A stretch of DNA of 63,106 nt, filler included, from Klebsormidium nitens (taxonomy: Eukaryota > Plantae > Klebsormidiophyceae), in the NCBI GenBank assembly GCA_000708835.1. It is 5 parts of 5 records of this genome, joined end to end, with 100 filler letters (N's around TTAATTAATTAA, not from the genome) between each part and the next. Parts side by side here need not be neighbours in the genome. Positions count along the whole stretch, not along the records: positions 8,909 to 28,543 come from DF237870.1; positions 28,644 to 50,698 come from DF237919.1; 3 more parts are not named here. One strand, written 5' to 3'. The notes under the pieces were generated by a model, which had not been told where the DNA came from, made no database searches, and worked only from the letters and a program-made list of their open reading frames with translations. Shown here in pieces: positions 24,191 through 36,243 of the stretch (positions are counted from its first letter, which is position 1; each line of letters starts with the position of its first letter). The translations under genes and the position numbers were made by a program.

Positions 24191-24429
24191 GCAGAACTGC
24201 ACACCCCTAGAGACAATCTAGGTAGGTCTGGTGGAAGTGCACGCGCCTCAGCTTTTTAAACGACGTCAGGAACCGCAACCACAGATGCACGCAGAACTCT
24301 ACCGGACGGCTTTAGGGAGAGTGTAATCTCTGCGGCAACTTACGACGGGGGGTGCATGAGCCGGGCCTCCAAAATCGCCCAGCTCCGTTTGATGTATGGC
24401 TTGCCCCTCGCGCTGCAGTCTGGGGGCCC

Positions 24430-25134
24430 TTAGGGCCCCAAGTGTTTGGTGATGAGCTTCAACAGCCGCTCGACCGGCCGCTCGAGCCAACTCGTCCACT
24501 CGGACAGGGTTCGGCTTTGCCCGTTTGCTGTAGATGCGCAAGAGAGCGGATCAGGAACGACAATCATGCAGACCACTGTTGGCAGTACCCAAGGACTCAG
24601 CAACGGTATGCTGTAGCAGCGATCCAGGAAAGCTCTGCAGATAAAGTGGAACCCACAAGGTTGCTCTTCTTGTTGGCAGTACCCAAGGAAGCAATTGACG
24701 GCATACAACACACCAGAGTCGCCTTTGTGTTGGGGATGCAAAGATACGCGATAAGTACTGGCCAACGAGCTTACTGTCGCTTTTTTGACGTCGGCCGACC
24801 AGTCTTTGGAGCCACTGGCGTTGATGGCCTTGCTTCGCTGTCCTGGCTGCGTACCTGAACGGCCAACGGGTTGCGAATGGGTGAGCTTTGAGCAAGCATT
24901 TGGCAACTGCGGCGGTCAGGATCACAGGATGTATGTGCGCGGTAGGCTGGGCTCCCGAAAAGCGAAGCCAGTTCGCTGCCCACTCCGGCTGGCCGCCGTA
25001 AGAAAAGTGGATGCAACAACAACCCCACAGACATTCAAGCATTGAAGCATTGCTGAGCAGTAGAGTACCCTGTCAGAAGTCCGCTTTGAACTAAGCGCGC
25101 CACGATCGTGGCAGGCCCCATCTTGCGCGTACAA
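24430..25134 (-). pseudogene. Cys-containing ORF of unknown family split by an in-frame TGA
   Basis: ORFs 24922-25134 and 24430-24906 share a frame. No domain recognised. Confidence 0.25.
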
Positions 25135-26507
25135 GCCTGCAAGTCAAAGATCCAAACACATCCTGCTTTCCAGTGAACTAAAGAGACGAGGTTCAAAGAG
25201 ATCCGTACTCATTGAGAGGCTGCGCTGGGCTCACCAGGTCGGGCGCTGTAGGTGCTGAACTATGCCTTCCAAGCGGCTCCTGCTCGCCGGCCTCGGCACC
25301 ATTGCTGCAGCAGTAAGAAGCAGTCAGTCTCTGACGACCCACTCTATGATTCTGAAAGCACACGCAGAGCCAAATATGCACACTTTGAGACCAAGTCTAC
25401 TTTTGGGACTGGGGCCGGATTCAAAATCTCAAAGCAAAGCATCTGACTCGGGTCGAGATCGGGACCCACTTCTTCATCATGCTGAAAGCCTTCATAAAGT
25501 GCATCGCCTTCGGAAGAGGCAGTGGAGTAAGGCGACACTTAGCAGGGTCTCACGTTTCTAGCCCCCCCAGCTCCTCAGGAGCGTGTTGCTCTGACGAGGA
25601 GGGAGGGCCGTACATCGTCTCCTCTCTGGCCACCCAAGCCTCTCGCCGCTGTCTGCTCTCTGCAAAGAAGTCAGCAACCGCTCGCTCCTTGGACCTGCGC
25701 CCATTGCGGTCGCTGTCACTAAGGTCCTCCTCAAGCTCCTCCTCAAGCTCTCTGGCGTCCCTGATATCCAGAAGAGGGAGGGGAGGATTAGAGGGCTCGT
25801 TACACATGCTTATGACTTATTGCGCACGTAATCATTGTAGCAGTTCTACTGTGACGTGCGCACAACTTCCGTCAAGACAATCAACAAAGCCTGATGCACG
25901 ACTGTTAAAGGCAATGCGTGTCACAAGAATCTTGGCGCAGGTGCTCACTGTGTGAGAGCGCTAGTAGCCAGTTCGATCACGTTGCCAGCAGCAAGGTCTG
26001 GAGGGGCTCTGCTGGCAAGTTCGGAGAGCTTGACGAGTCTCCCCCTCTTTCTCCTCCTCAACGGTTCTGCTCCTGATGGCACCTACACACCGTGCCACTC
26101 CAGTAAGCCGGCTGACTCATGAAAGCAGTCACGCGCTGACCATTTTATCTAAGCAACGACCGGAATCTGGCAGCATGGTCGTGAAACGCAGCTTCTAAAG
26201 CTCTCCAATTTGGAGAGAAGTACGTCGAACTTGTGGGGGCTCTTACATGCTTCGGCGGCCTCTTTGTGCCGACACCGGATCCCGAACGCTGCAGTTGGTC
26301 CGCGCTGGCGTGTTGCCAATCCTCAGGGCCGTCTCTTGCCTGCGAAATGGAAATGCACATACAGTTTGTAGAACTTTCAAACCCAGCTGAGGCGTTTGAC
26401 GTTTCTAAAACGGCACACAGTGTTGTTGGGAATCGGTTTATGTGGGCAGGCGGGCAATCACTTGTGCGCTGCCTGATCTAGAGGAGTGGAGAGTCAGATA
26501 CATGGTT

Positions 26508-26750
26508 GACAATTTGCACCTCGGGTTCTATACAATCGCTTCTTCAGGCCAGTGCAGATTGTCTGGACCTGATCCAACCAAGAATACTGCCCGACCGCTG
26601 CCGTCAAATTGCACCTTGGCTTCTTTACTGTCGCTCCTTCAAGCCAGTGCAGATTGTTAGTGGCCTGAACCAACAACACTACCAACCGCTGCCGTCAATC
26701 TGCACCTTGGCTTCTATGCAGTCGCTTCTTCAAGCCAATGCAGATTGTCA
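26508..26750. repeat. Second array (3 units, 91-95 bp) of the inverted 12-bp box
   Basis: GACAATTTGCAC-N32-GTGCAGATTGTC, GTCAAATTGCAC...GTGCAGATTGTT and GTCAATCTGCAC...ATGCAGATTGTC, with left boxes at 26508, 26603 and 26694. Confidence 0.88.
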
Positions 26751-27724
26751 GAGGCTTAATCGAACAACAACAATCACTCTGAAAACCTCCCGGACGGGTG
26801 CTTGCTCACATTGTGAAGAGGCGGCAGAGCGACTACTCTGGCCGCGCCGACGTCGTCCACTGGCGTGTCTCCTCCTGATGCTAGGGGACGGTCCCCTTCT
26901 ATCGATGAGGGTCCCGGATTGCTCTCGACCCCACCGATAATCAAGAGCTTTTCTGCAAAGGGTCAATGGACATATCAACTTTGACGTCCGGGCTCCATGA
27001 GCCTTTGGAGACCCTAGTCCGCTCAGACGACCATCAAAGGAGAGCGGCTAAGCAAGACTCAGCAGGCTGCTTTCACCGGGAGTTTCTCCAATTCAACAAG
27101 CTGCATCTGTCTCCAATTGAGTGTCCTGCTACCAAGTTGAGCAGATTTAAGGACCTGACCTGGGCTCTCTTGACTGAATGACCTGGCACCCGCTAGACTT
27201 TGTGCCAAGGCTTGACCTCTTGTTCATGGATCAGACTCGGATCAGCTGTTATTCGTCCGATGAATGACTTACCAATTAGGTCTCTGCTCCTGGGAGTTGG
27301 ATCCCACCAGTATTGGTTTTGCTGCCAGTCGTTGCAACCTATGGAGAAGAGAGAAGGTGATTTTGAGTTGCGCATGACACAGGGAAAACTCGCAGCAGAT
27401 TCGACACCAAGCTCAAAAGGTTTCAAGCTTAACGAGCTTTCTCAAGGTCAACGGGATGCAGCACAGGGAGAGAGCCTGGCAGACTGCCCGTAGTTGCGCT
27501 GGCAGCAAGATTTAAGCTCGACCGAATCAAGGGTCATTGAAAAGCAAAAGGCACAAATCTTCCAAGGCACTAGAGGCTTAGGAACCCTCACTGTGTGGAA
27601 CTGGAAGGAAAAGCACAAAGAATTCAAGATCAGGGTTGGAAAACGCGTGCATCCATGGCTGACTCATGTGGGCGTAGAGGCTCGCATTCTCGTCTCCCTG
27701 GCCCCAGGATACGAGACACACAAG

Positions 27725-28375
27725 TTACAGTTGCAAATTTGGGGACCCTAAAGCACGAGTGGCCCCAAGGCCTAAACCTGGCTCCCGCAAAGGCCCGATC
27801 AACCTGTGCTTCGACCAAGTTGGCTCGATCAAGGTGCTGTTCTCACCTTTGTCCCCAAAGAGGTAGCTGGCCGGTTCCTCCCTCGCTCTCCTCGCTCTCC
27901 TGGATGCGCCACCAGCTGGCTGCCAGGCCTCATTCGTGGCAGCTGGGCTCGCGGGCGCGGGCGCTGGGCTCGCAGCAGTCCTGTGAGCTCCAGGGGAGGG
28001 GCTCGCTGGTCGCCGCAGCCCCTCCCTGAGGTGGGCCTGCTTGATACAAGTCAAGACCTTTTCAAAGCCCTGTTGCAGGCCCTCGTCTGCAGTGCCCGCG
28101 TGCACCTTGAGCCCCGCCATCGCTGCATGGATGCTCCCATTCCAGGCAGCCTTCGACCAGAGAAGGCCTGCGGACCCGAGTTCCTCTCGAGCGCGCTGGC
28201 ACAGCGTACCCGCCACCTTCCGAAAGATGCAGTGGCCTCTCTTTGAACCGGTGAGAAAGCCTCTGGACGCGCTCGCCACGAGCACTTTGACAGCTGGGGT
28301 TGGGAGAGCATCATTGCAAGATGTGCCGAATGTGGCCTGCAGGGAAACAGCTCTGTGCCTTAGTGAAACAGACAT
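27725..28375 (-). CDS. First exon of an unknown multi-exon gene
   Basis: ATG at 28375, GC-rich coding-like ORF and a good donor GACAAAG|gtgaga near 27845. No domain recognised. Confidence 0.35.
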   Translation of the reverse strand: MSVSLRHRAVSLQATFGTSCNDALPTPAVKVLVASASRGFLTGSKRGHCIFRKVAGTLCQRAREELGSAGLLWSKAAWNGSIHAAMAGLKVHAGTADEGLQQGFEKVLTCIKQAHLREGLRRPASPSPGAHRTAASPAPAPASPAATNEAWQPAGGASRRARRAREEPASYLFGDKGENSTLIEPTWSKHRLIGPLREPGLGLGATRALGSPNLQL

Positions 28376-28427
28376 TCATGTCAGCAGGAGGAAAGCAAGC
28401 TAGCCAGAAAGAGCATGGCGTGCGGCC

Positions 28428-28543
28428 GACAATCTGCACCCACTGGTCTATGCATTGAAGCTTCTAAGCTAATGCAATTTGTCGATCCTTGCTGCATGGA
28501 CCACAGAAAGACCCGAGAGCGCCCGGCATGGGGCCTGACAATC
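28428..28543. repeat. Third inverted-box array, truncated by the contig end
   Basis: CGACAATCTGCAC-N32-ATGCAATTTGTCG, then GGCATGGGGCCTGACAATC running into the linker; this matches the array-1 unit. Confidence 0.8.
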
Positions 28544-28643
28544 NNNNNNNNNNNNNNNNNNNNNNNNNNNNNNNNNNNNNNNNNNNNTTAATTAATTAAN
28601 NNNNNNNNNNNNNNNNNNNNNNNNNNNNNNNNNNNNNNNNNNN
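28544..28643. other. Assembly linker 44N-TTAATTAATTAA-44N
   Basis: Same 100-bp structure. Confidence 0.95.
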
Positions 28644-29978
28644 GATCTTTGATGGGCCCAACCATTTCGAAAAGACAGAACTTGATTCCGTGAACTCTAG
28701 CTCAAGATATCCCATCTCAAACATGCTCCCACTGTTGAATACCGTCTTACCACCTTAACTAGTAACTAGAGGGCCATGCAACGACGAAACGACAAGGAAA
28801 CGACCAAGGTCCGGTCCGATCCTGGTGTGGTGTGGCCTGATACTGATACAAGGTACCTTCTAGGCTAAGTAGGCTGAAGTTCTACCCAATGACGAGTCAC
28901 GACTCACGACTCTATGAGAATCCCGCCTTTCGCGCTTAACCCAACATTCTGAGCTCCGATTGGTTGCCGGGTTTCAGGCTGAAACTTTGTTTGTACGTGC
29001 GGCGGGATGATTGTTCCGCGCCCGCGCGCATTTTGCCATCATTTCAATCTCCGCTGCTCACAGCACATAATATAATTGTCGTGAGAGGCAGACACCCATA
29101 GCGAAACGCGGTGCACGGGGCAATCTATCCGTTGGACAATTCCTCGGCAAGACTCGGCCACTACCTGGCTTACATTGCGCTAGAAACCAACCTATCATTG
29201 AAGAGGATTGTCGAACGTGCCCTCAGGCGTTACACTTACTGAGCAAGCAGGGTTCGACGTGGAACATCGAAGCTCCGCGGCTTCCTTTCTCGTCGACCGG
29301 CCGGATTCTCGACACGTGAAACGCTAGTTGGTTTTATGCCCTTCACGTTACCTCCTCCTTAAAAATCACGTCTTCGCCAAGCTTGGCATTTGCCCGCGGT
29401 CAAGATGGGTCAAGCGGAATAGAGGGAAATCCAGCTGCCAGCCTCATGCGAGGAAAGAAATCAGTGACAGACTGACGTGATGCACTGATTGCTTCTGCCA
29501 AGATCTGTGGAGGCTCCCTCATGGGTGCCGGACTGGGATTGTAGTCCTAGGACGAGGCGGCCTCCTTCCAAGCAAAGCAATGCGGCTGCCCAGTGGAGAA
29601 CGTGCAGGATGCATCTCGATGAGGTCTGAAACAAGCAGAGCAAAAGAGATCAAAGCTGGCTGTCAACGGAGCTACCGTACCCACATTGCTGTTTCGTCCA
29701 GTCTAAGACATTTGAACTTGAAGCGTGTCGTGTCGAAGCTTCTGCAGCAACGCATAGCCATTGCATGATTTCTTCAGCCGCCGAGAGGGCAAGAAGACCA
29801 ATCAGCATCTCATTTTTTGTCGGCCAGCATTGCCGCGAACTTTCTTTGTTGATCGGCGCAGGTTATTGAAACCCCTGCAAATGCAAGGGAGCATGCGTGG
29901 TGCTCTAGCCAGGGTCGCGTGTAACACCTGGCGACAGGTGGCGGAGTGACAGCAGGCAGGGACTGGGGGCGGCGCACG

Positions 29979-32900
29979 ATGTCGGCGCTGTGGCACCATG
30001 AGCAGCACCGGCTGGGTTTGGCTGCGGTTGGGTTTGAGCACGAGGGGGTCAGGATGTCGAAGTCTGCGCCTTGCTCCCCGATGAAAGCACAGAGCCGACC
30101 TCACGATTCTTTGGGGGGGTTGCTGGCAGGGTTTGAGGCGAACGGGGGTGCTGTGAGGGAGACAAACGACTTTCACGTCATGCATAAGGTGCCAATGGGG
30201 GATTCGCCTTATGTCAGAGCGAAGCATGTGCAGGTAAGGTTTGGTCTGGTTTGAAAACCGGACAGTAATGGTGCTCTTTCTTTGTTGCAATGCAGTCTTT
30301 TTATTGCAGGTACTGGGCGGAGGTTTCTTGCGGGTTCCCGCTCTGCTTGTTTACCAAGTTGTCAAGAGAAATGCTTGGGGATATAGGTTTAGGTCAAGGT
30401 GCGGACATGCAACCAATGGGTTCCAAATTCAAGAACATGTTAGCAGTTGGCATAGTCTGTAGGCAATGGGAAATGCCGCTGGATTGGTTAGTGTCATGGT
30501 AACTTCAATTTGAGCAGCATACGCAGGTTGAGACGACTGTTAAGCATCTGTCACTCAACGTATTGTTCTCCTCTGGGTCTCTTCCTTGCCTCTTTGTGTG
30601 TTTCGTCAGTTGTCCCTGAGACGCTGATCACCTCCAAAGTTACGGGGAGTTTGCAGAGGAAGTTTGGGAAGGAAGATACCCAAGCATGAACTTCTGGAAA
30701 GGCCTCACTTGAAACGCTCTCAATGCAAAGGTTTGATCTGTGAACGTGTTCGTCAGCTAGGTCTGTGCATGCTCAAACGGCAACTTGTCAGTTTCAGATG
30801 CTTATATTCCAAGCATTATAGAGTCTATCAGAGAGAAGGAACCCTTTTGGGCGCGACTATGTTCTGGTACAGCAAGGACCAACCAGCCGCGTTCCATTTT
30901 AGCTTTCTCCAGCATGTGGAACCTATCGTTGCTGCTTCTTCTTTCAGGTTGATAATCAGTGTCTCGTTGTTGGAAGATGTATCATAACGACGGACAGACA
31001 GGTTCCCAGAAGAAATAGCGTCAACCCCTCAGACTCTTGGCGCTTAGCAAACCTAATAAAGTCTGCATTTTAACATGATGGAGTGTACCTACCTCTTTAC
31101 CAACCCGTCACGCAGATTTTGTTTCATAAGCTCGCACCTTCTCAAAGAGAATCTCAAATGGGAAGGAACTCTCCTTTATTGGGCACCCAACCCCTTGTCA
31201 TCCATCTCTCAACCTTCTCAAGAACTAATCACATAGGGTGACAGTTTCCTCTGAATGTCAATCCATCCTTTTAGTGCTCTGTTTTCAAGTACTACTTCAA
31301 CTTTCCTTCCACTGGGCCCCAGATGCCGCCACAACCTTCCCTCTCTTTTATCGCTTCTCTTTAGGTTTCAGTCTCATCTGGGTTCCTTGTCTTTCTGCGG
31401 CTGGTGGAAAAGGTGATATTGCTCGACTCCACTAGGATACGATCAAACTGGACTTACTCTCTCTGAACTATTTGCGTCTTATCCCTACAGCTGGTCGACA
31501 AGGACCCCGAGAAAGCGATCGCCCTCTTTTGGAAGGCAATCAACGCCAACGATCGCGTCGACTCCGCGCTCAAGGACATGGCCATTGTGATGAAGCAGCA
31601 GGGGCGCTCCGAGGAGGCCATCGAGGCGATCAAGTCGCTGCGCATTAAGTGCTCCGAGGCCGCGCAAGAGTCGCTCGACAACGTCCTCTTGGACCTGTAC
31701 AAGGTGAGTAGTGTAGTATACTGCCTTATTTATTTGCTTACTCTATGAGTTTGTGGCTCCATTTGCCTCAGGTTCTATGTCACCTTTGCGCACGTCCTGG
31801 TTGTTTGGTTAGAGCAATGATAAGCGCTTGTCATCAGCAGTGTGTGAAAGCTTGTTCTGATCTCTACTCTGTTTATGCTTTCCATCTTTCAAAGGAAGTG
31901 CGCCGCTTTCTCTCTGCCTTACTGTACTTCGGCAGTTGGGTTAAGTCTTTCTCCCTCCTGTGCATATCTGGTTGTTTCTTGTTCTGTAACAGTTCGCTCC
32001 TCAGAGTTGGACCACTCATGGCAGTGCTTCCAAACATTACCGTACAAACAAGGACATGCGAATCTGCAGAATACGGAAGAAGCGGAAAAGTGCATCTCTG
32101 AACAATGCAGCTTGACGTTTTCGCAGCGATGCGGCCGCTTGGACGACCAGATCGAGCTGCTGAAGCACAAGCTGAACCTGATTCACCAGGGGCTTGCCTT
32201 CAATGGTAAGCGCACCAAGACCGCGCGCAGCCAGGGCAAGAAGTTCCAGGTGTCGATCGAACAGGAGGCCACGCGTCTGCTGGTGAGTGCATATTTCAGT
32301 CCCTTCTTATTGTGCTTCTGACCAGTTTGCTTTGGCTGGTAAGGCCTTATCTCTTTCCCTCTGCCTCTTTTGGATGTGTGCTGATTTGTGGGCTGTTACT
32401 TTTGTCGGATATTTTTCTACTGATTTCAGTCGAGCGGGCAGTCTTTCTCGCCATCATTGCATGTGTTACTTTAGAAGCTTTTCCATGCTGCGTGAAAGCT
32501 GCCCTCCACTGACAGCTTTGGGACGCTTCTCGCAAACCCCCTGTTTTGGCCCGGAACTATGGCTTAACTGAGATGTTTGCCTTTTGGTTTGCAGGGAAAC
32601 CTGGGCTGGGCTTACATGCAGCAGAACAACTTCCTCGCAGCTGAGGCGGTGTACAGGTCAGTGGGCTCTACTAAAATTGCTCTGTCAGCTTCTTAGAGTC
32701 TTGTTTGACATGCACCGTTAGTGTGACAGGTGTCACTGGTAGCTTCAGCGTTGCATACTCAAACCAAGCAAGGGCGCATAGGAATGGATTGGAAGCTGTG
32801 GCGGTTAATAACGACCAACTTGAAATGCATGCGACTTTCAAATGTGAGGAACTGAGGAAGGTCCCGCTTTGAAGATCCACAACTGTCAGACTGCTTTGAT

Positions 32901-35147
32901 ATGGAGCGGGTTCGTCTATGTTGATTCAAGTTGAAGTCATGTATACTTGTCGAAGAAGAGCCAGCCCTTAAAGGCCCAGACTCTTGTGACTGCCGCCTTT
33001 TCTTGACCAGCTTTGCTTCTTGTCCTGAGCTGCATTCCGTGCACATTGGATAAGTCAGCAGTTCGAGAATCAGGTAACTAAATGTCTGTTAATCTGAAAA
33101 CCATTGAATTCAAAGATCAAAACATGAAACAATTAGAGCCCACAAAAGCTTCTCTAACCCCTCCCTTTGTCCAATATCCTGCAGGAAAGCCCTGAGCATT
33201 GAGCCCGACAACAACAAGATGTGCAACCTCGGGATCTGCCTCATGAAGCAAGCCCGCATCGACGAGGCGCGCGCGATCCTGAACAACGTGACCCCCGCCG
33301 GCGAGGGCAAGTGGGGCAGCGAGAGCCACCAGAAGAGCTTCGAGCGGGCCCAGGAGATGCTGCGCGAGATCGAGGCGACTCAGGCGGGGCAGTCTGCCAA
33401 CGACGCCGAGGCCAAGAACAGGGCCTCCTGGTTTGCGGCGCGCGCGCCCACTCTAGTTCAACTCCAGCAGCGCAAGAACGCGCAGCCCGAGCTGCAGAGC
33501 GTGGCCGACGCGCTGCGGGCAATCCTCTCGGACCCCGGGTTTGCGGGTGGGTTAAGCGCCAAACCGGTAGCGTACTCCCAGTCTGGGCTTAACCCTCAAC
33601 CCGGGTTCAACCCCAAACCGGTGGATGTTGAGGAAGAACTCCTGAGCCTGCTGCCCCCCTCGCGGACCGTCACCCCCCCGGTGTTCGCCCTTCCCGAAGA
33701 CTTGACTTCGCCCCCCGAGGGGGAGCGCCCGGCGTCAGGTGGCGAGCACCCGTTCGCCGCCCCGGTGCCACGTCAGCCGGGCCTGAGCCACCGCCAGGTG
33801 GCGCCGCAACAGCAGCCGGGTTTCCAGGCCCGGCCAATGAGCGCCCCTCTGCAGCGTCAGAACCAGCCCTGGCGTCAGTCCGTGGCAAACCCCCCGCAGA
33901 AACCGAAGCCGAACTCGGGTTTCTCCTACGCTGCCCCGCCGTTTGTTCCTCACCAGAAGGCGGGGGGGCCCATGTCATGGGGGCCGGAGAGGCAGCCTTT
34001 GCTACCCCCCCCGAACGAGCACCGGTGCTTTAACGGCCCGCATCCAATGGGCCCGCCACCCCCGCAGAAGCCCCTCAACCGGGCGGCTGTTCACACCAGC
34101 CCGTTGCGCCCGCCCACCTCCAATGTAAACGCGCCCCCAAACCTCTCCGGACAGACCGCATTCCCACAGACTGCCCACCGCTATGCGCAGAACGTGAACA
34201 GGCCACAGGCTCAAGGGATAAACGGCCCCCAGCTGCACAGTGTGAACAGGTCCCAGGGTGTAAATGGGCCCCAGGTTCAGAACGCGAACCGACCCCCCCA
34301 TGAGAAGAGCCCGGCCGCGAAGGCGCTATTCGCACAGCCCCCAAGCAACCAGCGCTACGGCCCACCGACAGCAGGTGTGAAAACCCCCCAGCCAGCAGTA
34401 GACAGGTACGGCCCTCCCCCAAAACAAACCGAGACCGTCCAACCGAAACCAGCACAGCCAGAACGGGCAATTTCCGCGCCAGTTCACGTTAACGGGGGGT
34501 CCGGTACGGAGGAAAATCTTCTGCGGGCGACGTCAGCCCCCGAGCAGACTATTGAGCCATTGTCTATGCCGCAGCCGATCCGCAGCGTGTTGGGGCCCCG
34601 GTTCTCCCGGGAGGGCTCGCGCGAGCACCTCGGGGGGGTGACACGTGTCAGCTCCCCGTCGAAGGTCAACTCTCCGCGGCGCAGCTTCGAGCGGCTGCCG
34701 AGTTCTCAGCCGGAGAGGGCAGCAGGGACTCGCTCGGCCCTGTACCATTCGACGAGCCTTCCCAGCGAGATCGACGAAAGGCCCTGGGAATCGGACCACG
34801 AGAACGAAAACATCCCACAGGACGCGCCGAACCCGGTGCAACAGGGCCCCGCGGCAGCGGGGGTCAAGCGGAACCGGGTCCTGACCCCGGTTAAGGATAA
34901 CCAGAAGCAGCCCGAGAGCGAGAACAACGCGTGGCAGTCGCTCGGGTTCAGCGCGAGTCCGCTGAGCTTCCCGAAGGAAGGACCCCCCCGCGGGAAGGGG
35001 ATGTTCATGGCAGTGCTCGAGGCGGCTGCCGCAAAGGAGAGCGGGAAGGGATCCCCCGTTAAGGGGGGAAGCCCCCAAATGAAAGTCGAGCCGAAACGGC
35101 AGCGGAGGCTGCGCGTGTTTGAGGAAATCGCGCAGGAAGGGATGTAA
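29979..35147 (+). CDS. MS5/POLLENLESS3/SDI1-like TPR protein with a long Pro/Gln-rich C-terminus (5 exons)
   Basis: Exons 29979-30233 (FHVMHKVPMGDSPYVRAKHVQ), 31491-31703 (LVDKDPEKAIALFWKAIN..DSALKDMAIVMKQ), 32127-32282, 32595-32656 (GNLGWAYMQQ) and 33185-35147 (EPDNNKMCNLGICL..RRLRVFEEI). All junctions are GT-AG and in phase; the start codon is uncertain. Confidence 0.92.
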
Positions 35148-36243
35148 ATGGAGGGTTTCCTACGGGGCGAGAATCGCCCCCCGGAAAAGGGGAGGGGGCG
35201 GAAGAGTGACCCCCAACATTATGGTGGTTAGAAAGTCCGAGAGGAGAGACGGAGTTGACGTTGTCGGGGCTCCAGCAAAACACGGAATTGTTCGGATTGT
35301 AGGCTGCTCCTTTTGTAAAACTGTCGCTTCGAACGGGTGTCGTAGGGTCGCAAGACTGCCTAGAGTATAGGGACCGGACCGCTTGAGGTTTAGGACGGTC
35401 GCGTCGTTGCGCACCTTTTTTGGTTCCTTCCTAGTTACTTCGTACTGTCTAGACTGAGCATAGCAAAAACGGACTGCCTTTGCGCGCGACTGTCTCAGTC
35501 GCGTAATCTGCTAGCAATCGGTATCCTGAGGGCAAATCATTTTTCGGGTATAGGAACACTGACACTGCTGAGAAACGCTATCATGTAGAGTTGACGGTCC
35601 ACCGACATTCCTTGCTTTGCGTGTAGAAATCGAACAGAACATCCTTGGTGGTCATTGATCACGCCTTACTCGTCATTGTTTGATCATCGGTTTGCAATGG
35701 TCTAAGACGCAAGAGTCTACAGGCTTTTCACTCATTAGATGTGTTGCTGCAACATTCAACGCAAGTGTCGCCAGGGAAAATTGTGAAGGCAAAGCTTCTA
35801 TACAAGTAATTGCATCGATGCGCGACCGTGAGTCACAATTAAATGACACATTGCAAGTCGGTTATATATATGGCGCGCCATGCATGTGCTTGACATGTCT
35901 GTCATTGCATTGCACATCATGTGATTGGAAGCAATGATGACCGACTCAGTGATTTGCAGGCTGCCCGAGGTATACCGTATACCCCGGCCCACATGTGCTG
36001 TACAGATCTACTCAACATCTGTAATTACGAATAGTGTTAAGGATTATACAACAATTAGTAGTTCACAACAGTATATGACCATGTCCGGGAATCCAAGTGA
36101 TTGAGGTGAAAGCCCGGGGTTTGACGAGGTTCTCTGGCCACCTGTCTTGCGCATACATGCTTGGCTTGACACGTCTTGAACATCCGATTACGCAGCGCCG
36201 TCCGTGATATTGCAAATCGTTGCGAAGCAGCTGCAAGCATCGC

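Noticed and set aside
8909-28543. Complete endogenous PLV/virophage or giant-virus insertion
   Set aside because: No major or minor capsid, packaging ATPase, PolB or other NCLDV core gene was recognised within the block; the flanks are unknown.
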